From an uncultured delta proteobacterium (lineage in GTDB: Bacteria; Desulfobacterota; Binatia; JACPRU01), in NCBI GenBank assembly GCA_963745025.1, contig CAVUWD010000018.1, positions 1 to 64,000 of the forward strand: a DNA stretch of 64,000 nucleotides. Direction: 5' to 3'. Shown piece by piece: positions 53,022-63,931 of the stretch. The notes under the pieces are model-generated. The model saw only the letters and a program-made list of their open reading frames with translations, searched no databases and was not told the DNA's origin. Numbering within the stretch: position 1 is the first letter of the stretch; the number at the start of each line of letters is the position of its first letter. Position numbers and translations under genes: made by a program.

Positions 53022-54564
53022 CTACGGCGTTTCGAGCGCCGGAGTCGGGCCCTCGGGCGGCAGATTCTGTGTCGGCCGCGCGGCGCCCCGCGGCGTCGGG
53101 CCGGCGATCTGGTACGGGATCCCGAGGACCCGTTTCATCGCCATCCTCGTGCGCCACGACAGGTAGCAGCTCAAGTAACTGAGGGCCGCCGTTGGGTCGA
53201 GGATCGGGTTCTTGATGCCCTCGAGCTGGGCGAGGGCGAGCACCTGTTCGCTGACGCTCACCGGGCAGCCCTCGAGCCGGATCACCTGCGCGCTCCGCGA
53301 GGCGCGGAGCTTCTTCGTGACCGTGACGAACTTGACGAAGATGTCGGCGTTCTTCGCCTCGCGCGGGTTTTTCTGCGAGCGATCGACGTAGAGGCTGTTC
53401 ACCTGGAGCGGGCTGCCGGCGACGCTTCCGTGAAACGTCGCGCAGTCGCCGATGAAGACGATCTTCTCGCCCGGCTTGGCGTCGATCTCTCCGTCGTAGG
53501 CGCCGAACACGATATGCAGGCGTGGGCGGCTGCGCAGCTTGTCGTCGCAGGCGCGGTCGAACTGGCGCAGAATCTCGATGGCCTCCTCCATCGCGCCCGG
53601 GCAGCCGCCCCAGCAATAGTCTGGCCCCGACCCGCCCGGCGGGGGCCCGGAGTAGGCCTTGACGTTCGTGCCCGCAAAGTACGTCTTCGACGCGGACGAG
53701 CCCCGTGCGAAACCCCCTTGCGCGCGCCTGCGCCTGCGCGAGCGTGACGTCGCCTTCGACGTCGATGTCGTCGAGATCGATCGGGCCGAAGCCAAGCTCC
53801 CAGGCCAGGCGGATGTGGTCGACGCGTCTCGGGTCGAGGCCGATGATGCGGCAGCACACGGCGTCGAAGGCCACCTGGTTGTCACCCATGACGATGAGCT
53901 TCAGGTCGAAGGGAAGCGGTGTGAGCATCCGCCCCTCGCCGGCGACGATCGCGTCGATGGCGATGAACTGTGGCTGGATGACGTGCTGCAGATCGGCGAC
54001 CTTCTCGTTCAGCTTGTGATCGTGGTCGATCAGGCGATGCCGGTCGTCCTGGATACCGATGTAGTTCTTCATGCTGAACGTGACGGTCGTCCAGGGATGC
54101 GCCTTGAACTTGGGACAGTTGACGAAGAAGTCGGCCTTCGCCACCGGCTCGGGGGTGAAGAGCGCGTCGCGCAGGCGCCCCGGGTGATAGAGCGGGATCT
54201 CGACCTGCGGCACCTCCTCGAAGTGATACGCCTTCGTGCCGGTTCGCTCGAGCACGGGATAGAAGCCGGCATGGCGGAAGGCGAAGCGGGTCGGCACGGT
54301 GATCCCGCAGCGCTCGCCGACGGCGAGCTCCTCGAGATCAGGACGCGCGCGGCTGCGAAGCGCGCGCAGCACGCCCTCGAGAAACTCCGGCCGGGTGTGC
54401 GCGTGCGGGAACTGCGGGCCCGAGGCCACGCAATTCGGCTTCACGAGCGTCCGACCGTGCGGTCGAAGATCCAGAGCCTCGAGGCCTTCGCGGACGATCG
54501 TCTGGATTCGATCGACGTCGTAGTCCGGGCAGGAGCGGATGATGATTCGGGGTCGTCTCATCAC
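53022..54564 (-). CDS. DUF362 domain Fe-S protein, +1 frameshift at ~53682
   Basis: LVKPN, PKFKAH, FSMKNYIG, DAIVAGEG; continues in another frame as YFAGTNV..CWGGCPG..IGDC..GCP. Confidence 0.8.
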
Positions 54565-54622
54565 ACTTCTCCTTCGGCGCCGCTCGGGCTGACGCCGCTG
54601 ATGGGTCGCGCAAACCGTGCCG

Positions 54623-55312
54623 CTAGAACGGCACCACCCAGCGCAGCATGAACACGAAGTGCGAGATGCTGCCGCCGAGCACGAAGAGGTGGAAGATCTC
54701 GTGGAAGCCGAAGACCCGCGGGAAGGGATTCGGCCGGCGCGTCGCGTAGATCACTGCTCCCGCCGTGTAGAGGAGACCGCCCGCGAGGAGCCAGAGAAGC
54801 GCCGGCACCGGGAGGGCGTGGACCAGCGGCACGGCAGCGACCACGGCGGTCCATCCCATCGCCAGGTAGATCGACGCCGAGATCCAGCGCGGCAGCGAGC
54901 GAAAGCAGAGCTTGAGGATCGTGCCCCCGAACGCCACTCCCCATACCACCGCGAACACGCTCCAGCCCCACCCGCCGCGCAGAGTCACCAGGCAAACGGG
55001 TGTGTAGGTGCCGGCGATCAACAGGAAGATCGCCGCGTGATCGATGCGGTTCAGCCACTTCCGCTGCGCGATCGGAAGCAGCAGCCAGTGGTAGACCGTG
55101 CTCGCGAGGTACAGCAGGATGAGGCTCGTACCGTAGATGGAGAAGGCGACGACGCGCCAGGGATCATCGCGCGAAAGCCCGAGCAGAACCACCAGACCGC
55201 AGATTGCCAGCAAGGCTCCGACGAGATGCGAGTAGCAGTTGAAGGGCTCGATGGCGCGCCAGCGCGTTCGAGCTGGGCGCGTCCGGCGCGTAGCGCTCAA
55301 GCGTTCACCCAC
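54623..55312 (-). CDS. hemolysin III/PAQR family membrane protein
   Basis: [36 protein letters not shown]. Confidence 0.92.
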   Translation of the reverse strand: MGERLSATRRTRPARTRWRAIEPFNCYSHLVGALLAICGLVVLLGLSRDDPWRVVAFSIYGTSLILLYLASTVYHWLLLPIAQRKWLNRIDHAAIFLLIAGTYTPVCLVTLRGGWGWSVFAVVWGVAFGGTILKLCFRSLPRWISASIYLAMGWTAVVAAVPLVHALPVPALLWLLAGGLLYTAGAVIYATRRPNPFPRVFGFHEIFHLFVLGGSISHFVFMLRWVVPF

Positions 55313-55530
55313 TGCATCAGCGCCTGCGGAACGCGCTGGCCGGCGGCGATGCCCTCGGGGATGATTTCGTCGGCGGTGTCGAGAAAATCGATGCCGAGCT
55401 CGAGCGCGCGATGGATGGTCGCGATCGACTCGTCGTCATCCCGAGAGCCGTAGAACTCGGACATTCCCACACGGCCGAGTCCGACGGCCGAAACGACAGG
55501 ACCGCCTCTACCGAGCTTCCGCGTTTTCAC
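55297..55530 (-). pseudogene. internally deleted aldo/keto reductase (N- and C-termini joined in frame)
   Basis: Matches 14770-15756 up to FLDTAD, then jumps to [17 protein letters not shown], equivalent to its C-terminus. Confidence 0.85.
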
Positions 55531-55880
55531 GAACGCGGAGTCTACTCGACGTGCACCTCGTTCGCTACCCCAGGTGCGATCGGAGCGATCGGCGGCGCGT
55601 CGAGCGTGAACCGCGCGGTTCGGCCAGACGGCACGTGAAGCGGTCGGAAGCTCCAGCGGACGGCGCCGCTGCCGATCTTGAGACGCGCCTCGCGGAGCTC
55701 CGTCGTGTTGCCGTGGATGCAGGGCTCGAGGAACTTCCTGCCGCCGCTTTCGAGCGTCATCGTCGAGACGATGTCGAGGTCGGCTGCGGCCACGGCCGTG
55801 GTACGACGAACCGCCAGAGCCGCGAGGGTTCCCAAGGGAGGCGAAACCGGCGATTCACTGGTAGGCACTTGTAGCGGGCG

Positions 55881-57059
55881 ATGGGGGTGGAACGATTTTT
55901 CGATGTCGTGGTGATCGGCGGCGGGGCCGCGGGGCTCTTCTGCGCGATCGAGGCCGGGCGGCGCGGCCGACGCGTCGTCGTGCTCGAGCGCAATGCGCGG
56001 CTCGGAGAGAAAATTGCCATCTCGGGCGGGGGCCGCTGCAACTTCACGAACCTCTTCACGCGCCCGGAGAATTTCTTGTCGGAAAACCCCGACTTCTGCC
56101 GCTCGGCGCTCGCCCGCTTCACGCCGCAGGACTTCATCGCACGCGTCGAGCAACACGGCATCTCCCATCACGAGAAGAAGCTCGGGCAACTCTTCTGCGA
56201 CGGCAGCGCGCGGCAGGTGGTCGAGATGCTGCGGGCCGATTGTCAGCAGGCGGGCGTGGAGATCCGCGCCGGTTGCGAGATCTCCGAAATCGTCCAGTCG
56301 GCGGACTTTCGCGTGCGGAGCGCCACCGGCGCGTTCGTAGCACCGTCGGTCGTGCTCGCCAGTGGCGGCCTGTCGATCCCGAAGCTCGGAGCCTCGAACT
56401 TCGCCTACCGAGTCGCGCGCCAGTTTGGCCTGCGTGTGATCGAGCCCCGCCCCGGGCTCGTGCCGCTGACGCTCGACCCGGCGGTGCTCGCGCCGTGGCG
56501 GGAGCTCGCAGGGGTTTCGTTCGTGGCGGGGGTACGCTCGAACGGCGCCACCTTTCGGGACAGCGTCCTCTTCACGCATCGTGGCCTGTCGGGTCCCGCG
56601 ATCCTGCAGGTCTCCTCCTACTGGCGCCCGGGGAACGCGATTCATCTCGATTTGCTTCCCGACGCGCCGGGCGAAGAGGTCTTCGAAGGGAAGCGCCAGA
56701 GCGCCATGGAGCTCTCGACCGTGCTCGCGGAGCGTCTGCCAAGACGGTTGGCGCAGACGTGGTGCGCGCTTCACGCATCCTCGCGACCGATGAATCAATA
56801 CTCGGCACGCGACCTTGCCGAAGTGGCACGACGCCTCCACGATCGGCCGATCGTGCCCTCGGGGACCGAGGGCTTCGCGAAGGCGGAGGTCACCGCCGGG
56901 GGCATCGACACCGCCGAGCTGTCGTCGAAGACGATGGAAGCGAAGCGGGCGCCCGGCCTCTATTGCATCGGCGAGGCCGTCGACGTGACCGGCCATCTCG
57001 GCGGCTTCAACTTTCAGTGGGCGTGGGCTTCCGCGTATGCGGCCGGGCAGTACGCCTAA
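55881..57059 (+). CDS. HI0933/BaiN-family flavoprotein
   Basis: GGGAAG, KIAISGGGRCNFTN, LFTHRGLSGP, GGFNFQWA. Confidence 0.95.
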   Translation: MGVERFFDVVVIGGGAAGLFCAIEAGRRGRRVVVLERNARLGEKIAISGGGRCNFTNLFTRPENFLSENPDFCRSALARFTPQDFIARVEQHGISHHEKKLGQLFCDGSARQVVEMLRADCQQAGVEIRAGCEISEIVQSADFRVRSATGAFVAPSVVLASGGLSIPKLGASNFAYRVARQFGLRVIEPRPGLVPLTLDPAVLAPWRELAGVSFVAGVRSNGATFRDSVLFTHRGLSGPAILQVSSYWRPGNAIHLDLLPDAPGEEVFEGKRQSAMELSTVLAERLPRRLAQTWCALHASSRPMNQYSARDLAEVARRLHDRPIVPSGTEGFAKAEVTAGGIDTAELSSKTMEAKRAPGLYCIGEAVDVTGHLGGFNFQWAWASAYAAGQYA

Positions 57060-57120
57060 GGAGCCCGTCCGAGTAATCGCTCTCATCGGCTCGGTCCGGA
57101 TTACTCGGACGGACTCCTAG
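57057..57120. repeat. 20-bp inverted repeat element bounded by TAA/TAG (MITE-like or terminator)
   Basis: AGGAGCCCGTCCGAGTAATC ... GATTACTCGGACGGACTCCT, one mismatch. Confidence 0.75.
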
Positions 57121-57142
57121 GCGACGCAGTCGGTCTCAGGCG

Positions 57143-57170
57143 TTGACACCCTGCCGGTCGGCGTTACTTT
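57143..57170 (+). promoter_or_regulatory. sigma70-type promoter
   Basis: TTGACA-N16-TACTTT. Confidence 0.55.
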
Positions 57171-57267
57171 CTAGCCCCACGCGAGGCATGGTGCCCGCGG
57201 GTGGGAGTCCGCGGTGAGCGGGCTCCTCGTAGCCGTCGGGAGCGAGAGCCCCGACAGGAGAAAATCC

Positions 57268-57756
57268 ATGACGTACCCAGGCTTTCACTGGTGGAGAGCC
57301 CGCCATGGCGCCGATTTCGGCGCGTGGGCGGGGCCCTGCGGCTTCGGTCCATCCTTCGTGGAACGTGTCTGGGCCGAGCGGCGAGCGAGCGCGGAACGCT
57401 TCGGAGAGTTCGGCGGCGCCTTCGGGGTCCGCCGCCCGCTTCGATACCTGGCCTTCAAGCTCGATCTCGACGAGCGGCAGGTCGCCGAGCTGGCCAGCAT
57501 CCTCTCCGAGCTGAAGACCGAGCGCGCCCAGGCCGAGGTCGATTCGCGCCGCACGCTCTCCGCGTTCGCGGACGCGGTTGCGGGGGAGCAGTTCGACGAG
57601 AACCGGGCAAAGGAGGGCGGCACGCTGCGAGTCGGGAGCGCGGAGCGGCTGCGCGACGCGGTGATCCGGGCGCTCGGCAAGATCCATGCAACCCTCGACG
57701 CCGAGCAACGGGAGCGTCTGGCGTATCTCATCCGCACCGGGACACTGACCGTCTGA
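57268..57756 (+). CDS. Spy/CpxP-like helical protein
   Basis: AGGAG RBS; KLDLDERQ and TLDAEQR resemble LTxxQ motifs. Confidence 0.7.
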   Translation: MTYPGFHWWRARHGADFGAWAGPCGFGPSFVERVWAERRASAERFGEFGGAFGVRRPLRYLAFKLDLDERQVAELASILSELKTERAQAEVDSRRTLSAFADAVAGEQFDENRAKEGGTLRVGSAERLRDAVIRALGKIHATLDAEQRERLAYLIRTGTLTV

Positions 57757-58081
57757 CGCCGAACGCGGAGGGCCGCCCGGCCGCGCGGTCCTCCGCAAAG
57801 CCATTCCCGAGCCTGGAAGCGACGCCTGTTCACGTATCCGAACGCGCCGAGTCCGCGCCCGGCTGGGTCGCCACGAGCTTCCTTCACGGGGCCGTGAATT
57901 CCTGCCAAGCACGGCATCGCGAAGAATCTGACGCTCGCGACGCGGCTGCGCCAGGCGCGGACTCGACGGGCTCGGAGCCTTCGATTGGTTCCGCTTCGAG
58001 GCGAGTCACCCGTGGCGGCGGGTCGCGGTTCCCCTCTTCGTGGCCGGCTGTTATAGTGGCGGCTTTTCCGGGGAATCGATC

Positions 58082-59896
58082 TTGGGAGAGATCCGCAGCG
58101 ACATCCGCAACATCGCCATCATCGCGCACGTCGATCACGGCAAGACCACGCTCGTCGATGCCATGCTCCACCAGAGCGGGATCTTTCGGGTGAACGAGCA
58201 GGTGATGGACCGGGTAATGGACTCCTTCCCGCTCGAGCGCGAGCGCGGAATCACGATCCTCGCCAAGAATACGGCGATCGAGTACGGCGGAGTGAAGATC
58301 AACATCGTCGACACGCCCGGACATGCCGACTTCGGCGGCGAGGTCGAGCGGGCGCTCGCCATGGTCGATGGCGTCATGCTGCTGGTCGATGCTTCGGAAG
58401 GGCCGCTGCCGCAGACCCGCTTTGTGCTCAAGAAGGCGCTCGAGGCCGGGCTGCCGCCGATCGTCTGCATCAACAAGATCGACCGGCCCGACGCACGCAT
58501 CGCGGCCGTGCTCGACGAGATCTACGGCTTGTTCATCGATCTCGACGCCACCGAGGCGCAGCTCGAGTTTCCGGTCGTCTACACCAACGCCCGCGCTGGC
58601 GTCGCCAAGCGGAGCCTCGACGACTCCTCCGACGATCTGCACCCGCTCTTCGAGCTCATTCTCGCGCTCCCCGGTCCGTGGGTCGAGCCGGCTGCACCGC
58701 CGCAGTTTCAATGCAACAACCTCGATTACGACAACTACGTCGGCCGGCTGGCCATCGGCCGGGTGAAGAACGGCGTGCTCCACACCGCCGGGACGTATGC
58801 GTGGCTTCGCGCCGACGGGTCGTCCACCACGGTCAAGATCAATCAGATCTACGCATGGCGGGGGCTGAAGCGCGTCGAAGTGGAGCGCGGTACGGCGGGT
58901 GACGTCGTGGCGATCGCCGGCATCGAGGACGTCCACATCGGCGATACCATCGCCGACCTCGAGCGGCCGAAAGCGCTTCCACCGATCCGCATCGACGAGC
59001 CGACGATCGCGATGCTCTTTTGCGTGAACAATGCCCCGTGGGCCGGCCGCGAGGGCGACTACGTGACCTCCCGCAAGCTCCGCGAGCGCCTCGAGCTGGA
59101 GTGGCGCCGTAACGTGAGCATCCGCGTCGAGGACACCGATTCGCCGGACTTGATTCGGGTCACCGGGCGCGGGGAGCTCCAGCTCGGCATCCTGATCGAG
59201 ACCATGCGCCGTGAAGGCTACGAGCTCGCGGTGTCGAAGCCGACCGTGGTGACCCGGCAGGTCGACGGCCACGTGCACGAGCCGGTCGAGCTGCTCGTCA
59301 TCGACGTCCCCGAAGAGCACATCGGCGTGGTGTCGCAGCTTCTCGCCGTGCGACGCGGGAAGATGGTGAAGATGAATCACGCCGGCTCGGGGCGGGTGCG
59401 CCTGGAGTTCGCCGTCCCTTCGCGAGGGCTCATCGGCTTCCGCTCGCATTTTCTCACGCATACGCGAGGAACCGGCGTCATGAACGCGCTCTTCGACGGG
59501 TGGGCCCCTTGGCACGGTCCGATCCAGGCGCGCATCAACGGCGCCATGGTCGCCGATCGCGAAGGGACCGCGACCCCGTACGCGATCTTCAACTTGCAGG
59601 AGCGGGGGGTCCTCTTCGTGGCGCCGGGCACGAGGGTCTACGAGGGGATGGTTGTTGGCGAATACAGTCGCGACAACGATCTCAACGTGAACATCTGCCG
59701 CGAGAAGAAGCTCACCAACATTCGTGCCGCCGGCCGCGACGAGAACATCATCATCACGCCGCACCGTGAGATGGGCCTCGAGGCCGCGGTCGAGTGGATC
59801 GGTGACGACGAGCTCGTCGAGGTGACGCCGCAGTCCGTGCGGCTGCGGAAGAAGATCCTCAAGCAGATCGAGCGGCCGAAACGGCGGGTGGCATAG
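58082..59896 (+). CDS. typA: translational GTPase TypA/BipA
   Basis: [34 protein letters not shown]. Confidence 0.97.
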   Translation: MGEIRSDIRNIAIIAHVDHGKTTLVDAMLHQSGIFRVNEQVMDRVMDSFPLERERGITILAKNTAIEYGGVKINIVDTPGHADFGGEVERALAMVDGVMLLVDASEGPLPQTRFVLKKALEAGLPPIVCINKIDRPDARIAAVLDEIYGLFIDLDATEAQLEFPVVYTNARAGVAKRSLDDSSDDLHPLFELILALPGPWVEPAAPPQFQCNNLDYDNYVGRLAIGRVKNGVLHTAGTYAWLRADGSSTTVKINQIYAWRGLKRVEVERGTAGDVVAIAGIEDVHIGDTIADLERPKALPPIRIDEPTIAMLFCVNNAPWAGREGDYVTSRKLRERLELEWRRNVSIRVEDTDSPDLIRVTGRGELQLGILIETMRREGYELAVSKPTVVTRQVDGHVHEPVELLVIDVPEEHIGVVSQLLAVRRGKMVKMNHAGSGRVRLEFAVPSRGLIGFRSHFLTHTRGTGVMNALFDGWAPWHGPIQARINGAMVADREGTATPYAIFNLQERGVLFVAPGTRVYEGMVVGEYSRDNDLNVNICREKKLTNIRAAGRDENIIITPHREMGLEAAVEWIGDDELVEVTPQSVRLRKKILKQIERPKRRVA

Positions 59897-59971
59897 GGGC
59901 AGGGGGAAGTCGGGCGGGGACATTTCACGTTGCTCCGGAGCGTCGGTTTCAGGCTATGATGCGCGGCCAAG

Positions 59972-60325
59972 ATGACCGCGCGGCGTCGCACGGCGGAACT
60001 GGTTCTGCGCTTGAAGCTCGGCGACGGAATCCTCGGCCCGGGCAAGATCGATCTGCTCGAGCGCATCGAGCGCCTCGGCTCGATCTCGGCCGCGGCGCGC
60101 GACATGAGCATGTCGTACCGCCAGGCGTGGCTGCTCGTCGCGACGATGAATCAGAAGTTCCGCGAGCCGCTGGTGACGACGAGCCAGGGTGGCCGGCGCG
60201 GCGGTGGCACGCGGCTCACGGCGGCCGGGCGCAAGGTCGTCGACTGCTACCGCTCGCTCGTCTCGCGCGTCGAGGGGCTCGTCGCGCGAGAGCTCCGCAC
60301 GATCGCCGCGATGACGGAGAAATGA
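59972..60325 (+). CDS. ModE N-terminal-type winged-helix regulator (no molybdate-binding domain)
   Basis: LGPGK.DLL, GSISAAAR, MSYRQAW, GGRRGGG. Confidence 0.85.
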   Translation: MTARRRTAELVLRLKLGDGILGPGKIDLLERIERLGSISAAARDMSMSYRQAWLLVATMNQKFREPLVTTSQGGRRGGGTRLTAAGRKVVDCYRSLVSRVEGLVARELRTIAAMTEK

Positions 60326-60368
60326 CCTAGCTCTCGCGTATCCCTGCGAAGTCCGACGCCGGGGACGA

Positions 60369-61094
60369 TCAGCCGATCAGCTCGAGGATCTCGGGGATCC
60401 TGCGGATCACGTGATGAGGCTTCTCTCGGTCGACGGGAGGCTCGCGATCCCCGCGATGCCAGAGCAGCACCGAGCGGAGCCCGGCGCGGTTCGCTCCGGC
60501 GATGTCCTGTGAGAGCGAATCGCCGACGAACAGCGCTTCGTCGGCCCGGCATTCCGCGCGGCGAAGCGCTTCGGCGAAGATCTTCGAATCGGGCTTGCAG
60601 GAGCCCGCCCGCTCGCTCGACAGCAGCCAGTCGAAGTAACGCTCGAGTCCCGCGAGTTCGCCCAGATGCTCGAGCTGTTCTTGGTCGATGTTGCTGACGA
60701 TTCCGAGGCGGAGGCCGCAACGGCGGAGCTCCGTGAGCGTTTCGGGCACGCCCTCTCGCAGGCGGAAGTCGCGACGATGGAGCTCCCACTGCGAGCGACG
60801 GTAGCGCTCGAGATGATCGGGGTTCGCCTCGGAACCGAGCTCGCGTAGCATCTCGATCGCGGCGTCGCGAAACATGTCGCGGTGGAGGTAGAAGCTTCGC
60901 TCGAGGTACATGCGAAACACGCGCCGCAGAGCATTGCGGTACGCGAGCTGGACGGAGCCCGCGTCCGCCGCGCAGCCGGCCAGCTCGGCGAGCATCTGCA
61001 AGCTTTCGCGGTCGCCGGGCGCGAGCGTGTCGTAGTCGTAGAGCGTGCCGCCGAAGTCGAAGAGGACGGCGCGAAGGGGCCGCGTCGGCGTCAT
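60369..61094 (-). CDS. HAD-superfamily hydrolase
   Basis: FDFGGTL, VSN, KPD, VGDS..DIAGA. Confidence 0.9.
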   Translation of the reverse strand: MTPTRPLRAVLFDFGGTLYDYDTLAPGDRESLQMLAELAGCAADAGSVQLAYRNALRRVFRMYLERSFYLHRDMFRDAAIEMLRELGSEANPDHLERYRRSQWELHRRDFRLREGVPETLTELRRCGLRLGIVSNIDQEQLEHLGELAGLERYFDWLLSSERAGSCKPDSKIFAEALRRAECRADEALFVGDSLSQDIAGANRAGLRSVLLWHRGDREPPVDREKPHHVIRRIPEILELIG

Positions 61095-61678
61095 CCCCCC
61101 GCCCCGAAGTAGGCAGGGGCGTTGCCCGGCTTCCACTTGATGTTGCAGCCGATGCTCGGCCGCTGGTCCGCGGAGGCCGGTTTCCCGGCGAGCGCGGCGT
61201 CGCAGGCGGCGCGAAGATCCTTGCCGGTCACGGGGATGCCGTTCTCCGGCCGGCTGTCGTCGAACTGGCCGCGATAGACGAGACGTCGTGCGCGATCGAA
61301 CAGGAAAAAATCGGGCGTGCACGCGGCCGCGTAGGCTTTCGCGACCGACTGCGAGTCGTCAAAGAGGTACGGAAATGTATAGCCCGCTGCCACGACTTCT
61401 TCGGCCATTTTCGCGGGGCTATCGTCGGGATGACTCGCGACGTCGTTGGCGTTGATGGCGACGACCGCCAGCCCATTCTTCTGGTACTCGCGCGCAAAGG
61501 CCGCGAGCCCCCGACGAATGTGCTTCACGAAGGGACAATGATTGCAGATGAACATCACCAGCAGCGCGGGCGCCGCCGTGAAGTCGTCGCGCGCGACGAG
61601 CCGCCCCTTCGTGTCGGGCAGGCGAAAGTCCGCGGCTGGCGTGCCGAGCTCGAGCATGGTGGAAGGAGTCTTTGCCAC
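61091..61678 (-). CDS. thioredoxin/AhpC-TSA family protein
   Basis: FICNHCPFV, ACTPDFF, SIGCNIKW. Confidence 0.92.
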   Translation of the reverse strand: MAKTPSTMLELGTPAADFRLPDTKGRLVARDDFTAAPALLVMFICNHCPFVKHIRRGLAAFAREYQKNGLAVVAINANDVASHPDDSPAKMAEEVVAAGYTFPYLFDDSQSVAKAYAAACTPDFFLFDRARRLVYRGQFDDSRPENGIPVTGKDLRAACDAALAGKPASADQRPSIGCNIKWKPGNAPAYFGAGG

Positions 61679-61850
61679 GGCTTGATTCTTCCTGCTTTGC
61701 GAGGACTGCTCAATCCCCGGGTCGGGACCGTCGGTCGGAGAGTGGCGCCGGGCGGGCCGAGTCGGACTGTTCATCCAGGCGTTGAAGCGGGGCGGCCGGG
61801 CCCTGGCGGGGCTCCTTTCTCTCGGCGGTCGATTCCTCTAGTTACTGCCC

Positions 61851-62756
61851 ATGAGCGAGAGCGCTACCACCGAGGACCGGCGGATCGGTCCCCACGTCAC
61901 GGTTCTCGGCGGCATACGCAACGGCAAGTACCCCCACGGCAATTCGCTGCTCGTCGAAGGCCTCGAAGAATCGCTCGTCATCGATCCGTCGCTCTCGCTC
62001 TCCGCCCGCGGCTCCCTGCCGCGGATCGACCGCGTGATCAACAGCCATTCCCACGAGGACCACATCGCCGGCAACCACCTGTTCCCGTCGGCGCCCTGGC
62101 TCGTGCACGAGCTTGACCTCGTCGGCCTGCGCTCGCTCGACGGCATGATGGAGATCTACGGCTACCCGGGGCCCATCGAAGAGTATTTTCGCAAGGTTCT
62201 CGTCGAGGAGTTCCACTATCGTCCCCGCGCCGACGCCGGGGGATTCGCGGACGCGCGGGTATTCGATCTCGGCGGTGTGACCGTGCGGGTGATCCACGCG
62301 CCCGGTCATACCCGTGGGCACTGCTGTCTCGCGATCGAGCCCGACGGCGTTCTCTATCTCGGCGACATCGATCTCACGAGCTTCGGCCCCTATTACGGTG
62401 ATGCGTGGTCTTCCTTGCCGGCTTTCGAGCACACGCTCGCCGCGGTCCGGAATCTCCAAGCGCGCCACTACGCGACGTTCCATCACATCGGCGTGATCGG
62501 CGACCGCGAGGCCTTTCGCTCGCGCCTCGATCGCTTCAGCGCCGTGATTCAAGCGCGCGAGCAGCGCCTCGTCGAGTTCCTGGCCGAGCCGCGCACGCTC
62601 GACGAGATCGTCGCGCATCGCTTCGTCTATCGCCCGGGTGACGCCGTCCTCTACGCCGACGCCGTCGAGCTGCGCAGCATGAGCCAGCACCTCGAGCGGC
62701 TGATCGACGGTGGCCGGGTGCGCGAGGTCGAGGCCCGCCGCTATCTGGCGAGCTAG
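61851..62756 (+). CDS. MBL-fold metallo-hydrolase
   Basis: SHSHEDH, PGHT.GH, GD. Confidence 0.9.
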   Translation: MSESATTEDRRIGPHVTVLGGIRNGKYPHGNSLLVEGLEESLVIDPSLSLSARGSLPRIDRVINSHSHEDHIAGNHLFPSAPWLVHELDLVGLRSLDGMMEIYGYPGPIEEYFRKVLVEEFHYRPRADAGGFADARVFDLGGVTVRVIHAPGHTRGHCCLAIEPDGVLYLGDIDLTSFGPYYGDAWSSLPAFEHTLAAVRNLQARHYATFHHIGVIGDREAFRSRLDRFSAVIQAREQRLVEFLAEPRTLDEIVAHRFVYRPGDAVLYADAVELRSMSQHLERLIDGGRVREVEARRYLAS

Positions 62757-63238
62757 GCGTGAGCTCGGGGCAGACTCCTAAGCCTTGGCCTTGTCGTAGG
62801 AGTCGCCGACGCACGCCGCCCTCGGCCAACGCGGTCACTGACTTTGCTGCGCCCCAAGTGGCTCAGCGATCCGGAGCTTGAGGAAGCGGTCGTACAGGGC
62901 TCAGCCAGAGCCCCGAGCAGCACGAGAGCGGTCGTGGCGGTCATGCGGGAAGCACCTGAATTTATTGTGTTTTTACTGAACCTACAATAATCGCCCATGC
63001 GCGGGCCCGACCCCGGCCGGCGCGAGGCGGGACGGGACGTCTACGGTCGATTCCGGGGGTGCCCCATGGCCGGTTCGGGATTGTGCGCGGGCCGACGTGC
63101 GGGCGATCACCGGCCCCCGCGCACCCGTGGCGCGACGATCGGCCCCTACCGATCCGGCGCGCGTCTAGAAATGCTTGCGCCGATGCGTTGCGCGACCCTA
63201 GTCTGCCGCTCCAGGAACGCAGGCGGGAGGGCTCAACG

Positions 63239-63931
63239 ATGATTCACGTTCACTACTTCATCACCCGCAAACCCGAGATGGACGAGGTCGCGTTCCACCG
63301 CTACTGGCGCGAAGTCCACGCCCCGATCGTCGTGAAGATTCCGCAGTTGCGCCGCTACGTGCAGAGCCATCGCATCGACACGGCTCGCAGCAACTCGGCC
63401 TACGATGAAAATTTGTCGCCTTACGACGGAGTGGCCGAAGTGCTCCTCGAAGGGCTCGATGCATTCGCCGCTCTGCGCGAGAGCTCGGAGTACCTCGAGG
63501 GAGCTCTGGCAGACGAGCGCAACTTCATCGATCTGACCCGCGTCGAATGGATGGTCGCGGAGGACCACGTCATCCTGGACGGCCCAACCGGCGGCAGCTT
63601 GGTGAAGGGCGTTTGGCAGCTCAAGCGGAAGCCCGGGATGACGCTTGCGGACTTTCGCAACTACTGGATCGACGTCCACGGCGCGTTGGCGATCGAGCTG
63701 CCGGGGGTTCGGCGCTACGTCCAATCGCACCTGATCGATGAAGCCTACCTCTACGCCGAGCCGTGCCACGACGGTGTCGCGCAGCTCTGGTTCGACAGCG
63801 CCGCGGGGCTCGCCGCGGCCTTCGACTCACCCGCAGGTAAGGAGCTGCAAACCGACGGCCCGAAGATGTTCGACATGCACCTGCTGCGATTCTTCCTCGC
63901 TCAGGAGCACGTGGTGATCGCGTCACGCTGA
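63239..63931 (+). CDS. tandem EthD-domain protein
   Basis: Two repeats of RKP.M...F..YW..VH...RYVQSH...DGVA. Confidence 0.9.
   Translation: MIHVHYFITRKPEMDEVAFHRYWREVHAPIVVKIPQLRRYVQSHRIDTARSNSAYDENLSPYDGVAEVLLEGLDAFAALRESSEYLEGALADERNFIDLTRVEWMVAEDHVILDGPTGGSLVKGVWQLKRKPGMTLADFRNYWIDVHGALAIELPGVRRYVQSHLIDEAYLYAEPCHDGVAQLWFDSAAGLAAAFDSPAGKELQTDGPKMFDMHLLRFFLAQEHVVIASR

Noticed and set aside
57884-59923. 679-aa minus-strand ORF
   Set aside because: Antisense shadow of typA.
62757-63238. Small ORFs and an AT-rich patch before the EthD gene
   Set aside because: No recognisable protein or RNA motif; probably promoter or remnant DNA.
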